Made by a program: the position numbers and the translations under genes. Positions 62,081 to 64,000 of a stretch of 64,000 nt of DNA are shown one piece after another. The notes under the pieces are model-generated. The model had not been told where the DNA came from, made no database searches, and worked only from the letters and a program-made list of their open reading frames with translations. Source of the DNA: Negaprion brevirostris (Eukaryota); NCBI GenBank assembly GCA_030324005.1, contig JARDVH010000133.1, positions 23,412,409-23,476,408 on the forward strand. The letters are read 5' to 3'. The stretch's first letter is position 1. Each line of letters starts with the position of its first letter.

Positions 62081-62220
62081 AAAGTTTATTTATTGTTCGC
62101 AAGTAGGCTTACATTCACAGTGCAATGAGATTACTTGAAAATCTTCTAGTTGCCACACTCTGGCGCCTATTCAGGTTCACTGAGGGAGAATTTAGCATGG
62201 TTAATGCATCTAACCTTTGG
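62081..62220 (-). mobile_element. V-SINE tail type B fragment
   Basis: AAAGTTTATTTATTG..CAAGTAGGCTTACATT..GAGGGAGAATTTAGCATGG. Confidence 0.7.
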
Positions 62221-64000
62221 GATGTTCCGAGGATGCGAATCACACATAGTCATAAAGTACAGAAGGATGCCATGCTGCCCATCATGCCTTGTACAAGCTC
62301 TATGGAAGAGCTATCCCATCAGTTCAATTNNNNNNNNNNNNNNNNNNNNNNNNNNNNNNNNNNNNNNNNNNNATTTCCTTTTGAGAATTACCACTGAATC
62401 TGCTTCAACCACCGTTTCATGTAGTGTGTTCCAGGTTATAACAACTTGATGTGTTGAGAAATTTCTCCTCATCTCCTCTTTGGTTTTCCTGCCAATTATG
62501 TTAAATCCTTTGTCCACTGGTTACTAATCTTCCTGCCAGTAGAAACAATTTTCCCTTATTTGCCATAATAATTTTGAACACCTTTATTAAATCCTTCCAT
62601 AACTGATAGCCTCCCTTGTCATTGAGTCATCGTCATTCATGGCACAAAAGGAAGCCATTTGGCTCACCAAGTTTGTGCTGTTAATACCCAAACCAGAAAC
62701 TCCAAGGTGTTTTGTGAAGTTAACCTAGACCCCAAGTTTTACATTTGATTTTGGCATTGCTGAGCGTAAGGTGTTTTCATTCCAGGTATGATTCAAGTGA
62801 CCCACCAGGAAGCGTTTATCAAACAAAGTTTATTTAAGCACAAATTAAAATATAACAAAAAGAAGTAGCATAACTTTTACCAATTACATGATGAAAATGC
62901 ATTTCTGAAAGGCACAGTATTGTCACAGTGTCTCAATATAACTGAAACTGTTCATCACTGACTTCATTCTGGTAAGGTCAACATGCACCAGCTTCAATGT
63001 CTTGACATCCTTCTTGGAGTAGATGCCCAGAATTAAACACAGAACCCTAGCTGANNNNNNNNNNNNNNNNNNNNNNNNNNNNNNNNNNNNNNNNNNNNNN
63101 NNNNNNNNNNNNNNNNNNNNNNNNNNNNNNNNNNNNNNNNNNNNNNNNNNNNNNTACATTCTAGCCTTGTCATCACAGTCCAGTCAAATCATTTCGTGAT
63201 ATCATCTACTTCATCAGCCCACATCAAACTTTTAGTTGCATTGGACAAACAGGATTAACACCATTCCCCATTCAAAATATTGGCAGCCAATCAAAGGTGT
63301 AAAGCAGAGTAAATCATTTCAGTAAATCCTTTACAGCTTGTTGGTTAATATTTATTACTTTGAACATCTCTAGAACTATTAGATGAAGGAACTGCTACTA
63401 ACCACCTATCACTTTAACTGGTATTAAAGCATAAACTTTGTGAATAATAATTACATATTGTAATTCAAATGTGCTTATTACATAATTGTAAAAAGTAGAG
63501 TTACAAAATGATTGAAGTTTTTTCCTAAAGCCAAGTGTTGAACTAGATTAGAATAAACTGATGACTGGAAACCACACCCCCCCCCACCCCCCCCAAATCC
63601 CTGTTGGATCTATGGAGTGCACCACTATGATTCTCAATGTTCATTCAACAACANNNNNNNNNNATTTATATTTTTCACATATCTAATATTACACAATAAC
63701 CTAAACATTAATTAAATACCTTTGTCAAATTCAAACTGAGGTAGTAAGATTGCATAAAATAGACCCCAACTCTGTTTAGGATTTTTGCAACTTTTTCATT
63801 GTTAAGGGTATTTTCTATTGCAAAATGTTTTCTGAACTCTGAAAACTGGTTTCAGATCAGTATCTGTGTAGCATATGCACACCAGTGAAGTCAAGTAATG
63901 CAGCTTTTTTGTTGTTGTTGGTTGCACTGTGAATGTTTGTGTGCAGAGCTCTGCTCATTCAGTCGTTGATTTTTTAATATTCTCACATAGCAGGCAGAGA

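Overview
Vertebrate genomic DNA, almost certainly from a shark or other elasmobranch (HE1/V-SINE-like and SacSINE/Deu-SINE-like repeats, abundant CR1 LINEs), from a gapped draft assembly. It holds two convergent, tail-to-tail protein-coding genes. MORN3 is on the + strand with four coding exons (7889-8046, 10446-10605, 19797-19981, 35918-35992); its first coding exon was not found and probably lies upstream of the window. ORAI1, the CRAC channel pore subunit, is complete on the - strand with two coding exons (50519-50632, 42095-42673; 230 aa) and a CpG-island promoter near 50.65-51.5 kb. The rest is intronic or intergenic and full of decayed mobile elements: CR1, L2, Rex/Babar, RTE, L1, Penelope-like, solo LTRs, Harbinger-like elements and several SINE families. 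Most notable: (1) a ~480-bp-arm inverted duplication just downstream of a MORN3 exon; (2) a four-unit promoter repeat carrying the PBX-MEIS/PREP decamer; (3) an ORAI1 locked into the short beta form by TAA-TAA directly before its ATG, with a de-acidified pore vestibule and two Orai3-like loop-2 residues; (4) a Penelope-type minimal hammerhead ribozyme at the window start; (5) one SINE body carried with two different 3' tails. All family assignments come from motif recognition by eye; no database searches were run.
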